Positions 41,661 through 54,783 of a stretch of 64,000 nucleotides of DNA are shown here, piece by piece. The stretch comes from Octopus sinensis (taxonomy: Eukaryota): positions 17,484,001-17,548,000 of the forward strand of contig NC_043008.1 in the NCBI RefSeq assembly GCF_006345805.1, written 5' to 3'. Each line of letters opens with the position of its first letter. The stretch's first letter is position 1. The notes under the pieces were generated by a model that worked only from the letters and a program-made list of their open reading frames with translations, ran no database searches and had not been told where the DNA came from. The position numbers and the translations under genes are program-made.

Positions 41661-42062
41661 TGATGATGATGATGATGACTGTCATCGGCAGCAGCCGTCC
41701 AAGAAGTTGGACCTGGAGATCTCCATTTCCAGCGACTTCGAGGGCCACCTCCCAGTGGTGTCGGGCGTCAACGAAGAGCGCTCGACTATAACAAGACGAC
41801 CAAAGTTTTTTTTTTCCAAGGTCTCGGGTCTCCCGCCCCTAAGCCCTAGACCATCACCTAATCACCCTTACCCGTCTAGTTGCTTAACAACAACAACAAA
41901 AATTCATCAGCAGCAGATATACCGTATGTCATTCAATGCTATATAGGACACAGATGAATTTCATCAAATAACACCGAAATAATTGTATTACATTTGTAAA
42001 AATAGTTGCATATATATATATATACATATATATAATTAAAGATATATATATATATATACAGA

Positions 42063-42172
<110 letters not shown>

Positions 42173-42192
42173 TGTGTGTGTGCGTGTGTACG

Positions 42193-42509
42193 AAGGCGCG
42201 TGGCTTAGTGGTTAGGGGCATTCGGCTCATGATCGTAAGGTCGTGAGTTCAATTTCCGATGGCATGTTGTGTCCTTGAGCAAGACACTTTATTTCATGTT
42301 GCTCCAGTCCACTCAGCTGGAAAAAATGAGTAGTATTTGTATTTCAATGGGCCAGCCTTGTCACAGTGTCACGCTGAATCTCCCTGAGAACTACATTAGG
42401 GGTACACGTGTCAGTGGAGTGCTCAGTCACTTACACTTTAATTTCACGAGCAAGCTATTTCGTTGATCGTATCAGCTGGGACCCTCGTCGTCGCAACCGA
42501 CGGAGTGCT

Positions 42510-42510
<1 letters not shown>
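42193..42510 (+). mobile_element. tRNA-derived SINE, family 2-like head with a different tail
   Basis: gaaggcgcgtggcttagtggttaggg...gagttcaattcc, tccttgagcaagacact core. Confidence 0.75.
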
Positions 42511-42553
<43 letters not shown>

Positions 42554-44440
42554 ACACATACATCCACATATACACACATACACTCTCATATAGTGAGACA
42601 GAGAGATGGAGGTTGGTAAATAGATAGATAGTTAGTTAGATACATAGATAGATAGGTAGTTAGGTAGGTAGGTATATGAAATATGAATTATGGATATATT
42701 CATTTTGTAAGAATGAAATCTGTCTTCCCACTTTATGTTAGATACACAGAGTGTGCAGTTTTGTTTCTTTTTGTTTTCTTTTAACTTACAGAATATTACT
42801 GCTGCTCAAAGACATGATGCTGTTTGTTACATCTTCACACAGTCTCTCAAACGCATAAGCTTTTTCTACATTTTCCAATAAAAATATATCTCCAGGTTAT
42901 TTTCGCCTTCCTCTCATATTTCTTTCCTTCTATTCTCTTTCGTTTTCTTTCTTTACTCCTCACCATCTTATTCACAACATTTTAGAAAAGTATGTTCGGC
43001 CTCTTTCTCACGGTATGTGATGAGTGACTGATTGTGTTTTAAGAAGACTAAACTGCTTCCCTATAATCTTGGACGTGTGCGACAGCTGTTGACAGTTAAT
43101 GGACTTTAATTTACGATGTCAGCATTTCCTGCTATTTTATTTATACATATCTATCTATCTATCTATCTACTTATTTATTTATTTATTTACTTATTTATTT
43201 AGGGTGGTGGGTGACCTTGTCACGAATAGGATGCTATCCTCTTTGACATGTGGTCGTTCAGTAATCAGGTTGATGTGTCCACTACGATTTAGGTCATTAG
43301 ACGTAAACAAAGACAAGGTGGTCTCCTTTTACATCTAGCATTTACGACTTTCACATTTCTATATTTAACCATTTTAAATATAAACAATGTTTTCAATGCG
43401 TGTTGTTGCTTTTTAGAATACATCAGAATATCATAATGCTCATAAGGAATGATATTCAAAACACTTAATTTACATGTCTGGCAACACCAAAGCGCATTGT
43501 GTTCATTTCAGTCATTTGACAGCGGCCATGCTGGAGCACTTATTCTATCCGGGTCTTTTGACGAACTGCTAAGTTAAGGAACATAAACATACATCAATAT
43601 ATATTATATATATATATATTATATATATATAAGGTATGTAGAAAAATACAACATGGACAAGAACGTATAACTCAAGAAGACGATACAATAAACACGGACA
43701 GGACATTCGAAACCCTCAGTCTTCAGTCAAGAACCGGATCATCGTAGTAATTTCGGCTGATTAATCTTGAGATTACTAGATCACGGCCAGCCCTCCAAGA
43801 AAAACTAAGCAACGAGCATTAGAAAAACTAAGCTGGGAGCGTAGATTTCCTGGAAGAAGGATCGAATGCATACGGACACCAGGACAGCAAAAGGGACGAA
43901 TATAAAAAAACAAAAAAATAATGGAATACAGAAACATGAAATACAGAAGCATTAACGGTGAAAACAACAACAAGTGTCTTACGACTGATAACAAGCAAAC
44001 AAATTTTTTCTCTGGCGCAAGGAAAGGAGCCTTATCGGCGATGCCTATAGCGGCGGACGAAAAACATATATGTAATCAAAATAAGCAAGAAGGATATCCA
44101 AGGTTTTCGCTTATTTTGATTATAATCACCTCATTCGATTTATGTGGATAATACCATACCAAATTCTGCTGCCTTTATCTTAAGTACCATATTCATCTGA
44201 ATCTAAATTTTGCTGAACTTATATATATATATATATATATTTATTTTCAAAGAAATTAATTACAGATGAGTGCGTTACCGTCCGTGCCATAATTACAAAG
44301 CTGATAACTGATAATACCACAAAAAATTATATTAAGATTCCTTTCTACTATAGGCACAAGGTCTGGAATATTGGGGGAAGGGGCACTCGATTATATCGAC
44401 CCCAGTATTCAACATTATGCCTAGAGTAGAAAAGAATTAA

Positions 44441-45010
44441 AGCGGCGAGCTGGCAGAAACGTTAGCACGCCGGCCGAAATGCGTAGCGGTATTTCGTTGG
44501 CGGCGAGCTGGCAGAATCGTTAGCACGCCGGGCAAAATACATAGACGTATTTCGTCTGCCGTTACGTTCTGAGTTCAAATTCCGCCGAGGTCGACTTTGC
44601 CTGTCATTCTTTCGGGATCGATAAATTAAGTACCAGTTACGCACTGGGGTCGATGTAATCGACTTAATCAGTTTGTCTGTCCTTGTTTGTCCTCTCTGTG
44701 TTTAGCCCCTTGTGGGTAGTAAAGAAATAGGTATTTCGTCTGCCGCTACGTTCTAAGTTCAAATTCCACCGAGGTCGACTTTGCCTTTCATCCTTTCGGG
44801 GTCGATTAAATAAGTACCAGTTATGCACCGGGTTCGATGTAATCGACTTAATCCGTTTGTCTGTCCTTGTTTGTCCTCTCTGTGTTTAGCCCCTTGTGGG
44901 TAGTAAAGAAATAGGTATTTCGTCTGCCTCTACGTTCTGAGTTCAAATTCCGCCGAGGTCGACTTCGCCTTAATCTTTTCGGTGTCGATAAATTAAGAAC
45001 CAGTTGTGCC
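44441..45010 (+). mobile_element. Nested/tandem SINE family 1 with target-site duplication
   Basis: Host head ends GGTATTTCGT (44488-44497); a full-length SINE follows; tail A is followed by GGTATTTCGT at 44730 and again at 44914. Confidence 0.9.
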
Positions 45011-45344
45011 AAGTGTAGAAAATAAAAAAATAAAAGCATCTATGCAATTGACCTGATTTATTTTTATTTTCAGAAACTGATATAAAAATAGAATATTTAT
45101 AAGGATGTTGCTTAGATGCCAAGATATAAGAATTTTCAAAGGGTAGCACAACGGTTTAGCATTTTTCAAAATGAACATAGAACGTAGCGGCAGACGAAAC
45201 ACCACTAAGCATTTCCCCCGGCGTCCTAACGATTCTGCAAGCTCACAGCCTTAAGATTATATTAAGATAATAGTAATAATAACATTTTCAAATTTTGCAC
45301 AAGGCCAATAATTTTAGAGAGTTGGAGTTACTTCATTCTCTGAT

Positions 45345-45718
45345 TATTTTACTTTTTCAGTCATTATACTGTTGGAGCACCGCCTGTAGTCGAAGAAATC
45401 GACGCCAGGACTAGTAGTTGATGGAATAAACCTAGTACTTATTCTATGAGTTCTTTTGCAGAACCGTTAACTTTGGAGGACGTGAACACACGAACATCGG
45501 TTGTCAAGCGACGGTGGGGGGACAAACACACATATACATATATATATATATATATATACACGACGGTCTTCTTTCAGTTCCCGTCTACCAAATCCACTCA
45601 CTTTGGCTGTCCGAGGCCATAGTAGAAGTAACTGGCCTAAGGTGCCACGCGGTGGCACTGAACCCGGAACCATGTGGTTGGGAAGCAAGCTTCTTACCAC
45701 AGAGCGACGCCTGCGCCC
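45345..45718 (-). mobile_element. SINE family 3
   Basis: Family motifs. Confidence 0.8.
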
Positions 45719-46447
45719 TTACGATTATAAATTTTATATTCTAAATTTGTATGCTTTCGAAATAACTAAGGAGTGGATTCTAAAGTTTCATGTTATACAT
45801 TTGAAAGGATTTAATAAAGTTCGTGGAGAAGTTATCATTTGTCACGTGCATGCAGCATCTTGCAAGAAGCAAATCAATTATATAAATGTGCCCCTGATGC
45901 AGTCTCCTAGTAACTAACTAAAAGAAAACTATATTTGAAAAAGAAAAGGCTAACACATGCCACACAGCGTGTTTTCACTTATCCACCCTCCAGCCGACGA
46001 AACATATTGCTAAAAATCGGAAATAAAGCAAAGGGAATGAATGCAAACAGTATTTAAAGAACAGAGATCTGGTGTGCTAACACAATGCTGAAAGCCATTC
46101 GGTGATGGAATTTCTGACCAAAAGTGTCATTTCAGATTTTCAATGTCACGTAGTAAGCATTTAAAATGGGAAAATGGAGAAATAACAACTATAATGCAAC
46201 CATCGCACGGAATTGCCAGGGTTTTCAAACAAACATGTGACACGATTTCATCTAATAAATGCCAAACGCAGAACATGCTTTATCTTAATGTAACCGCTTC
46301 CAAAAATATCTTTTATTTCTATATATTCTGCACCGTTCTTCTGGTCTTTTCTTACGTTATTACTTTCAATGTTTGGACTGCAACCTTCTCTAAGCTCAAC
46401 ACTTAATAGATTGTATTGACAAAAGAGGTTATATTTCTAAACGGCGA

Positions 46448-46494
<47 letters not shown>

Positions 46495-46685
46495 GTGTGT
46501 GTTGTGTGTGTGTTGTGAATGTGTGTGTTAATGCTTATTTTTATGGTCAGCGGTTCGGAAAAACAAATCGATAAAATAGCTACTAGGCTTAAAATAATAA
46601 GTGCTTGGGTCGAAATGTTCGACTAAATCCTTCAAGGCGATTCTCCAGCATGACCGCAGTCAAATGATTGAAACAATAATATATA

Positions 46686-46735
<50 letters not shown>

Positions 46736-46789
46736 TATATATATATATACATACATATATATATATTATACATATTTTTTTTTTCCGTA

Positions 46790-46990
46790 CTGTTTTCAGT
46801 CATTTGACTGCGGCCATGCTGGAGCCACGCCTTTTAGAGTGGTGAAAGAATACAGCAGATCACCACCTCCTGCCGGAGCCTCGTGAGCTTTTAGGTGTTT
46901 TCGCTCAATAAACACACACAACGCCCGGTCTGGGAATCGAAACCGCGATCCTCCGACCGCAAGTCCGCTGCCCTAACCACTAGGCCATTG
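46790..46990 (-). mobile_element. Chimeric SINE: family 2 head joined to family 3 tail
   Basis: Same junction as 35025-35218. Confidence 0.7.
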
Positions 46991-47089
46991 CATATACATA
47001 CAATATATATATACAGCATACATACATACAATATATACATATATATATATACACATACATACAATAAATATATATATATATACATACAT

Positions 47090-47125
<36 letters not shown>

Positions 47126-48663
47126 CATACATACAATAAATATATATATACATACATACATACATACAATAAATATATATATATACATACATACATACAT
47201 ACAATAAATATATATATACATACATACATACAATATATATATATATACATACATACATACAATATATATATATATACATACAATATATATATATATACAT
47301 ACATACAATATATATATATATATACATACAATATATATATATACATACATACATACAATATATATATATATATACATACAACATACATATATATATACAT
47401 ACATACATACATATATAATTACAATACATACATACAATATATATATATATCACATACATACATACAATATATATATATACATACATACATACAATATATA
47501 TTATTATACATACATACATACAATATATATATATTACATACATACATACAATATATAATATATACATACATACAATATATATATATATATACATACAATA
47601 TATATATATATACATACAATATATATATATATACATACCTAATACATACCATATATATATATATACATACAATATATATATACAATACAATATATATATA
47701 TATACATACAATATATATATCTAATATATATACATACAATAGATATATACATACATACATACAATATATATATATATATACACATAAAATAAATATATAT
47801 ATTATATATATTATATATACATAAATACAATAACAATATATATAATATATAAACATAAATATATATATATTATATATAGATATATATACATAAATACATA
47901 CAATATATATATAATATATACATAATATATATTATATATATATATATATATACATAAATACTACCATATATATATATATATACATAAATATATATATATT
48001 ATATATATATATATATACATAAATACATACAATATATATATATATATACATAAATATATATATATATACATAAATATATATATATATATATATATTATAC
48101 ATAAATCATACACATATATATATTATATATATATATAAATACATACAATATATATATATAATATACCATAATACATACAATATATATATTATATATGCAT
48201 AAATACATACAATATATATATATATATATGCATAAATACATACAATATATATATATATATACATAAAATACATACAATATATTATATATATAACATACAA
48301 TATATTATATATAATATATACATAAATACATACAATAGATAATATATATATATACAATACATACATTACTACATATATATATATATATATATATACATAA
48401 ATACATACAATATATATATATATATATATACATAAATACATACAAATATATATATATATATATAATATATATATATACATAATACATACACTATATATAT
48501 ACATAAATACATACATATCTATATATATATATATATACATACAATATATATAATTATATATACATAAATACATACAATATATATATATACATAAATACAT
48601 ACCATATATATATATATATACATAAATACATACAATATATATATATATTATACATAAATACAT

Positions 48664-48700
<37 letters not shown>

Positions 48701-49041
48701 CTCATAAAACATACAATATATATATATATATACATATACATAAATACATACATATATATATATATATATAATACATAAATACATACAATATATATATATA
48801 TAATATATATACATAAATACATACAATATATATATATATATATAATATATATAACATAAATACATACAATATTATATATATATATATATATATATATCTA
48901 TACATAAATACAATACAATATATATATAATATATATATATATATACATAAAACATACAAATATATATATACATATTATATATATATATATACATAAATAC
49001 ATACAATAATATATATATATATATAATATACATAAATACAT

Positions 49042-49081
<40 letters not shown>

Positions 49082-49115
49082 AATACATACATATATATAT
49101 ATATATATAATATAT
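46990..49115. repeat. ~2.1 kb low-complexity satellite built from CATACATACAA(TA)n / CATAAATACATACAA(TA)n units
   Basis: Direct reading. Confidence 0.9.
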
Positions 49116-49699
49116 CTCCCCACCACCACCACCACGACCATCCATTTGAAGGTTCTGATTGAGCAGTCATTTAATGAAATACCTACTTCCTTCTACTTGT
49201 GAAACGCTAGCATTTTGTTTGATGAAGTCTGAATATAACTTTCGTGTACTTCGTAAAACAAGTTAATGATTCTCTCTTCGACTTGTCAGGAATTAAACAA
49301 GTCTGAAAAGCAAGCGTATATTTACATAATTGTTAGCTAGAACATTATACAGAAAATATATAAATAAAATATGAGTTTCTGGTGCGACTCTTACCTGTAT
49401 CATTACCTCGGTGAAACGACTACCGCAATAAAATATTTAGAATGGCAGGTCTTTTGAGAACACACGGTTTGAAAATCAGTTCATACGACACAAGTATGAA
49501 AATATATTTCATTTTTAGACTGGCCTTACTAGTTATATGCAATGAAGAGAGTTGCATTATTAAATAAAAGAACATGAACTTAGTGGTGGTATTCTCTCAT
49601 TCTAATGTACTAATGTGAATTGTTTTATGAATTTTGGAACCCTTTGGTTTGAGAGCTAAATTTGAAACTCAAATTTCGATATGCTCAAGTAAAAGTATT

Positions 49700-51005
49700 A
49701 AAATAGAGAAAATAATTGAATTTAACACATTTAAAGAAGTTTTAGAAAAGGAAGGTGGTGACGTAAAATTGTCACCACCACTAGAAATGCTAAAGGAAAT
49801 GGGAAAAAGAAAATTGTGTATAAAGTCTACTCTATCAAGGAAAAAATGTTAGAAAATGAAACGACAGACGAAATTGAAAAGGCGTTGAGGCCAATCTGGC
49901 CAGACATAGCGTATCTTGCTAGAGGAAAACAATACGGCACTGTTGAGGTATATTTTGAGAATAAAGAAAAAGCGAAGGAAAGCTCTGTAAAATCGATGAA
50001 AACGGAATGGGTAATCCTTCTACCCGCATAGCTTGGAAGAAGAACTTCCAAGGTCAGGGTGGAGGGAATCTTCCCACTCTAAAATAGACGTGGCCTGGGT
50101 GGCGGCGGCTTTGCATCTAGGAGGCGGAACCACTAACTGGCACCGTAATATCTTGGAATTAATAATATAAAGTAAGGTGGAAAATTTAGAGATGCTTTCC
50201 GAAACGGTGACAGTTGGAGAAACAATAATGAAAGTATGGGTAGAGGGCAGAGTCTCTCGATGCTCTAAATGTGGCCAAAAGAGCCACATTATAGCGGACT
50301 GCACTCTGAAAAATAGGCCAAACCAGGAGAGAGCAGAGAAGTAACTGGAAGGATGGAAGAAAGAAATGAGGAAGATGGATATCAAGCTAGGGGAAGAAAA
50401 CAGAGGGAGAAGAAAAAAAACTGCTTCAGTGAACCCCAGCCCGTACCCACCCCACTTATACCTTCTCAACCCCACCCTCCCCTGCAGACAAGAAAACCAC
50501 CAATTCCCCACCGACACAAAAAAGAATAAAGAACAGCAATCATACAAAAAACCGCAAAACGCCTCTAACACTTGTTTTGTTTGCTCTTTATTGAAAGGTG
50601 TAAAAATGGAAGTGGTGGAGAAGTTAGTGCAAGGGAGAGATGTAAAGGTGATAGACATGAAGGGAAAGAAAAGAGAAAAAAACTGATTTTAGGTGCATTG
50701 GTGCCAGAAAGCAGAATGAGAATAATTGAAACTATAAAGAAAGCGCGGAATACAGAGGAATGAGATGCGACAATGAGGAAGTACCGGACGAAATAGAATA
50801 TGATAAATTAGTGGGTCAATACGGTATTAACTTTAATTGGATATGAAAGCACGTTAATGACGCTACTGAGGTGGGGTTAAGTGGCACTTCTTCATAAATC
50901 ATTATCATTTATCATTCATATTTTCATAACTTTATTTTAATTGTTACACGTCTCCCACATGTCTTGTGTTGTCCACTCAATGTTTGGACCTTGTGGCTGG
51001 CATTA
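49700..51005 (+). pseudogene. Old, degraded copy of the ORF1-only element
   Basis: KEGGDVKLSPP...IVYKVY...YLARGKQYGTVEVYF...LGRRTSKVRVEG...MKVWVEGRVSRCSKCGQKSHIIADC aligns to the array ORF; degenerate 3' UTR and tail at ~50850-51005. Confidence 0.8.
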
Positions 51006-51239
51006 AAATTACATTTAAAGAAGTGTACTTTACACCAAGTAAATTGTAATCGGATTATCACGAGTTCAAAGCAAACCGAAACCAGCTCTTTTTTTGTTGT
51101 TGGCTCTCTTTTTTTCTTTTGCTTGTAAACTTTGTATTCTGGATGTTTTTCAAAGAAAACCTTAATCGATAAATTCCAGTCTAACCTATAAAACGTACAC
51201 GCGCACGCATAAATAATTAATTTTTGGTGATAAAATATA

Positions 51240-51394
51240 TTCATTTCTATTCTAGGCACAATGCTCAAAATTTTGGGGGAGGGGGCCAGTCGATTAGATC
51301 GACCCCAGTACGCAAATTCTACATAAATTATGGACCCCAAAAAGGATAAAAGGCAAAGTCGACCTCGCCGGAATTTGAAGACAGACGAAATACC
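51240..51394 (-). mobile_element. SINE family 1 (tail B) beginning at GGTATTTCGT, host of the adjacent Tx1-like insertion
   Basis: Body and tail-B motifs; the head upstream of GGTATTTCGT is replaced by a tail-A element. Confidence 0.8.
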
Positions 51395-51395
51395 A

Positions 51396-51870
51396 ATTTC
51401 TTTACTGCCCACAAGAGGCCAAACACCGAAATGGACAAAACAAGTGATAGGGATCAGTAATACGTTACGATTTTACATAAAATATGAATATAACAATTAT
51501 ATAAAATATTTTCAAAATATTTTCAAATATATAAAATATTTTCAAAAATTAACAATACAGAAACAACACAAATGTAGAGATGATGAGGCCACACTCCGAC
51601 CCCACAAGCCACGATGTATCGCTGATACCTTTTGATTGGTTCTTCTTTCATAGCCTATTCACACGGTTCCTTGCACGCACAACACTCGTGCAACATGCTT
51701 CCATCTCTTTTTGAACATACTCTCCGACAGACGCCGCTTCTCCAGCCATATCTTCCTTTTCAAATGAAAAGTAAAAAAAAAAAAAATGATCATAATTCGT
51801 GGCCAGAGATAAAGTTGTCTGTCTTAATCCCTTTTATCCTAGTCTTTCATACTGCCGCTTTCGTTTCCAA
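51396..51870 (-). pseudogene. Tx1/L1-like LINE ORF2 C-terminus + 3' UTR + tail A
   Basis: AV*KTRIKGIKTDNFISGHEL*SFF...FHLKRKIWLEKRRLSESMFKKRWKHVARV resembles L1/Tx1 ORF2 C-termini (W..R...E.....F..RW); ends gtttggcctcttgtgggcagtaaagaaatt. Confidence 0.6.
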
Positions 51871-51954
51871 GACACCATTTCGATCAATGTTATATATATA
51901 TATACATATATATCTAATTTTATAATAGAAATTATTAGTCGAAAAAAGTGGATT

Positions 51955-53070
51955 GACGGCGAGCTGGCAGGATGATGGTGGCGTCGAGAAAAATACTTTG
52001 CTGTATTTGTTCCGGGTCTTTACATTCTGAGTTCAAATCACGCCGTGCCAACTTCGCCTTTCATTACTTCGGGATTGATAAAATATAATATTAGCCATAT
52101 TCTGAGATAAATGATCCCGAATAATGCCTCCCTTCAAATAACGAAGGCCTTGTGCTAAGCTTAGGAATCTTTGTTATGAAAAGTCCAAAGCCGGCAGGCA
52201 GATTCATTAGGGTGTCTGCAAAGACGATTCGTGCTATTTAATCCAAATCTTTAATTCAAATTCTAATCCCACCGAGGTGATCATTGTACTTCATAATTCC
52301 AGGGTTGATAATAAAATACAGGTGAAGTGCTGGGTTTGATGCTATAGTCTAACAAATAACCCCGAAATAACTAGACCCAATATCATTCCAAGAGCAGTAG
52401 AATGCAGACTTTACAGCAGCATCGTTAGAGTGTGGAACAAAATGCGTTGCGGCATTTAGTTGTAGATCTTTAGTCTCTGAGTTCAAATCAGTTCACCTTT
52501 GCCTTTCAGGTACCTTAAAACAGAATACCATTCATATACTATAATTGATTAAATCGGCTTTTTTAGAGGAGGTCAGCTCCTCTCAAAAGACCTAGCATAG
52601 ATCCTAAATTGGAACTAAAAACCATCGTGTGGTGCTCGAGTATGACCACAACCGCATAGCTGAATCGAATGAAAGAATATGCACAGTGTAAAATGTCGAA
52701 ACACCGGTTTTCCGAAATTCCTTTTTACCCTACTGAATCTAGCACAATGTTATTAATCACACATTCTCCTGCAAGTTGTTCTCCACTGAAGAATTTCAAC
52801 AGCGATTTAGATATTCACGTTCGAATCTGCCGGAAAGTGCTAAGAATGCATATTTAATGTCATCTTTCGGAATCATTGCCAGCAATTTCAGTGTTGGGGG
52901 ATAAGTCGATTACATCGACCCCAGCGCTCAACTAGTACTTATTTTATCGACCCAGAAAGGATGACAGACAAGATCTTCCTCGGTGGATATTGAACTCAAA
53001 GTAAATACAGGCGAAATGCTGCTAAGCATTTCACCCGGCGTGCTTACCATTCTACCAGCTCACCGCCTTG
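51955..53070. mobile_element. Several degenerate SINE family 1 copies
   Basis: gcgagctggcag heads and gagttcaaat B-box-like motifs. Confidence 0.65.
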
Positions 53071-54417
53071 TCTTGCAGAATTATTAAAAAAGCTAGAATA
53101 GAATATTAGAAATGTATGATAACCTTCGTCATTTAATTAGGTCATTTTATTATACTTTCAAGTCGCCTAATATTTCACCTAACCTCTGTAGTTTACGGTA
53201 CCAATGAAAAACTTTCCTATTATGAAATACGATTGTAACTAATTACTCTTTCCGTTAAAATAATAATTACATAACTGTTACATTTCATATCTGTCAAAGC
53301 TAAATAATGTACATAATTCCTCATCTCTTAAATATAGAACTCTAAATTGATTGGAAATAAAGAAAAATTTTTTTTTAAATCATTTTAGGGGTGATTGCTT
53401 TCTTATGACGGTTGAAATGCATGAATTTCTATTGCTTTTTTCCGCTGAAGTATTTGCATGACATGTTTTTCAGAACATGGAGTAGAACAACAGGAGGTGG
53501 GTAAGATTCCGAGTTCGATTCCAGGCATACCTTAGGAACGAGAACCCAGGTTCGAAATTTCCCCAAGACACCTGATGAAGGCTGGAGGGTATATAACAGC
53601 CAAAATGTTGTGTTAACAACAAACAAAATGAGGACAAATATCTGTCAAATGTAAATAATTTCCAATCAATTTTTTGTATTACAAATTCAGATTCCATAAA
53701 ACAGAATACCATTCATGTATTATAATTGATTAAATCGGGTTTCTTTTAGGAGGTCAGCTCCTCTCAAAGACCTAGCATAGATCCTAATTTGGAACTAAAA
53801 ATCATCTGGAAACAAATTAAAACAAAACTTGCTGACCCTTTCAAGATATTTAAAATGTAGAAAGGGAATTTTCCATGATGATTACAGTTTGAACGGTACG
53901 AGGTGGGAGAGTTGTGACGTTTAACAATTATGGATTTTAACTGTTTCAGTTTTAAACCGCGTGGTGGAAAAAGAAACTGAAAACCCCCTGTGAAAAGAGA
54001 GAAAATTCAATTTATGTGGGCGAGCTTCCACGAAAGTCCGCGTTACCTCTTCATGGGCGGGCCGGGTTGGAATTACACAAAAGGCTGTTGGGGTCCATTT
54101 ATTTTTTCTCATTTCCGCACTATCCATGAAGTATATTTCTTTAATCTTGTATATAGGTGTGAGTGGATGATACAGAATATGAAATTTATCACTTTTTTTT
54201 ATAGTTTTATAAGTTGTACATATAGCACTACATATAAACAAAATGATTTAGTATATCGATTCATACCAGTACAAATACGAGGAAAATTGACTTATATTTC
54301 ATCAGAATATCTGAAAAAAGAACAAACAATAGTTCCACAAAAGGTTCAGTTGGACCTCAATGACCATATATTATGCTATAACATCCATACGACTGGACAT
54401 TTCTATGTATATATATA

Positions 54418-54634
54418 TATTTCTTTACTACCCACAAGGGGTTAAACACAGAGGGGACAAACAAGGACAGACAAAGGGATTAAGTCGATTACATCGACCC
54501 CAGTGCGTAACTGGTACTTGATTTATTGACCCCGAAAAGATGAAAGGCAAAGTTGACCTCGGCGGAATTTGAACTCGGAATGCAACGACAGACGAAATAC
54601 GGTTACGAATTTCGCCCGGCGTGCTAACGTTTCT
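54418..54634 (-). mobile_element. SINE family 1, tail A, lacking the first ~14 nt and fused to the array
   Basis: agaaacgttagcacgccgggcgaaa...aaccccttgtgggtagtaaagaaata. Confidence 0.9.
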
Positions 54635-54783
54635 TATTTCTTTATTACCCACTAGGGGCGACACAGAAAGGGACACTAAGAAACATGGGGACATATAACA
54701 TTATAATTAAACTTTATGAACATGAATTGTTAAACGAAAAAATGATTAAATGAAAGCGATACCAACGGCCCCGTCCGTCAGCA

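Noticed and set aside
53565-53640. Second hammerhead-like core CUGAUGA-A-GGCUG...CAGCC-AAAA in a Penelope-like fragment
   Set aside because: GAAA is mutated to AAAA and no properly placed NUH triplet or stem I was found; at most a dead remnant. A similarly degenerate core lies at ~43700-43730 on the minus strand.
53990-54120. GGGCGGG box and CpG-containing patch as a promoter
   Set aside because: A single short motif with no associated gene; expected by chance.
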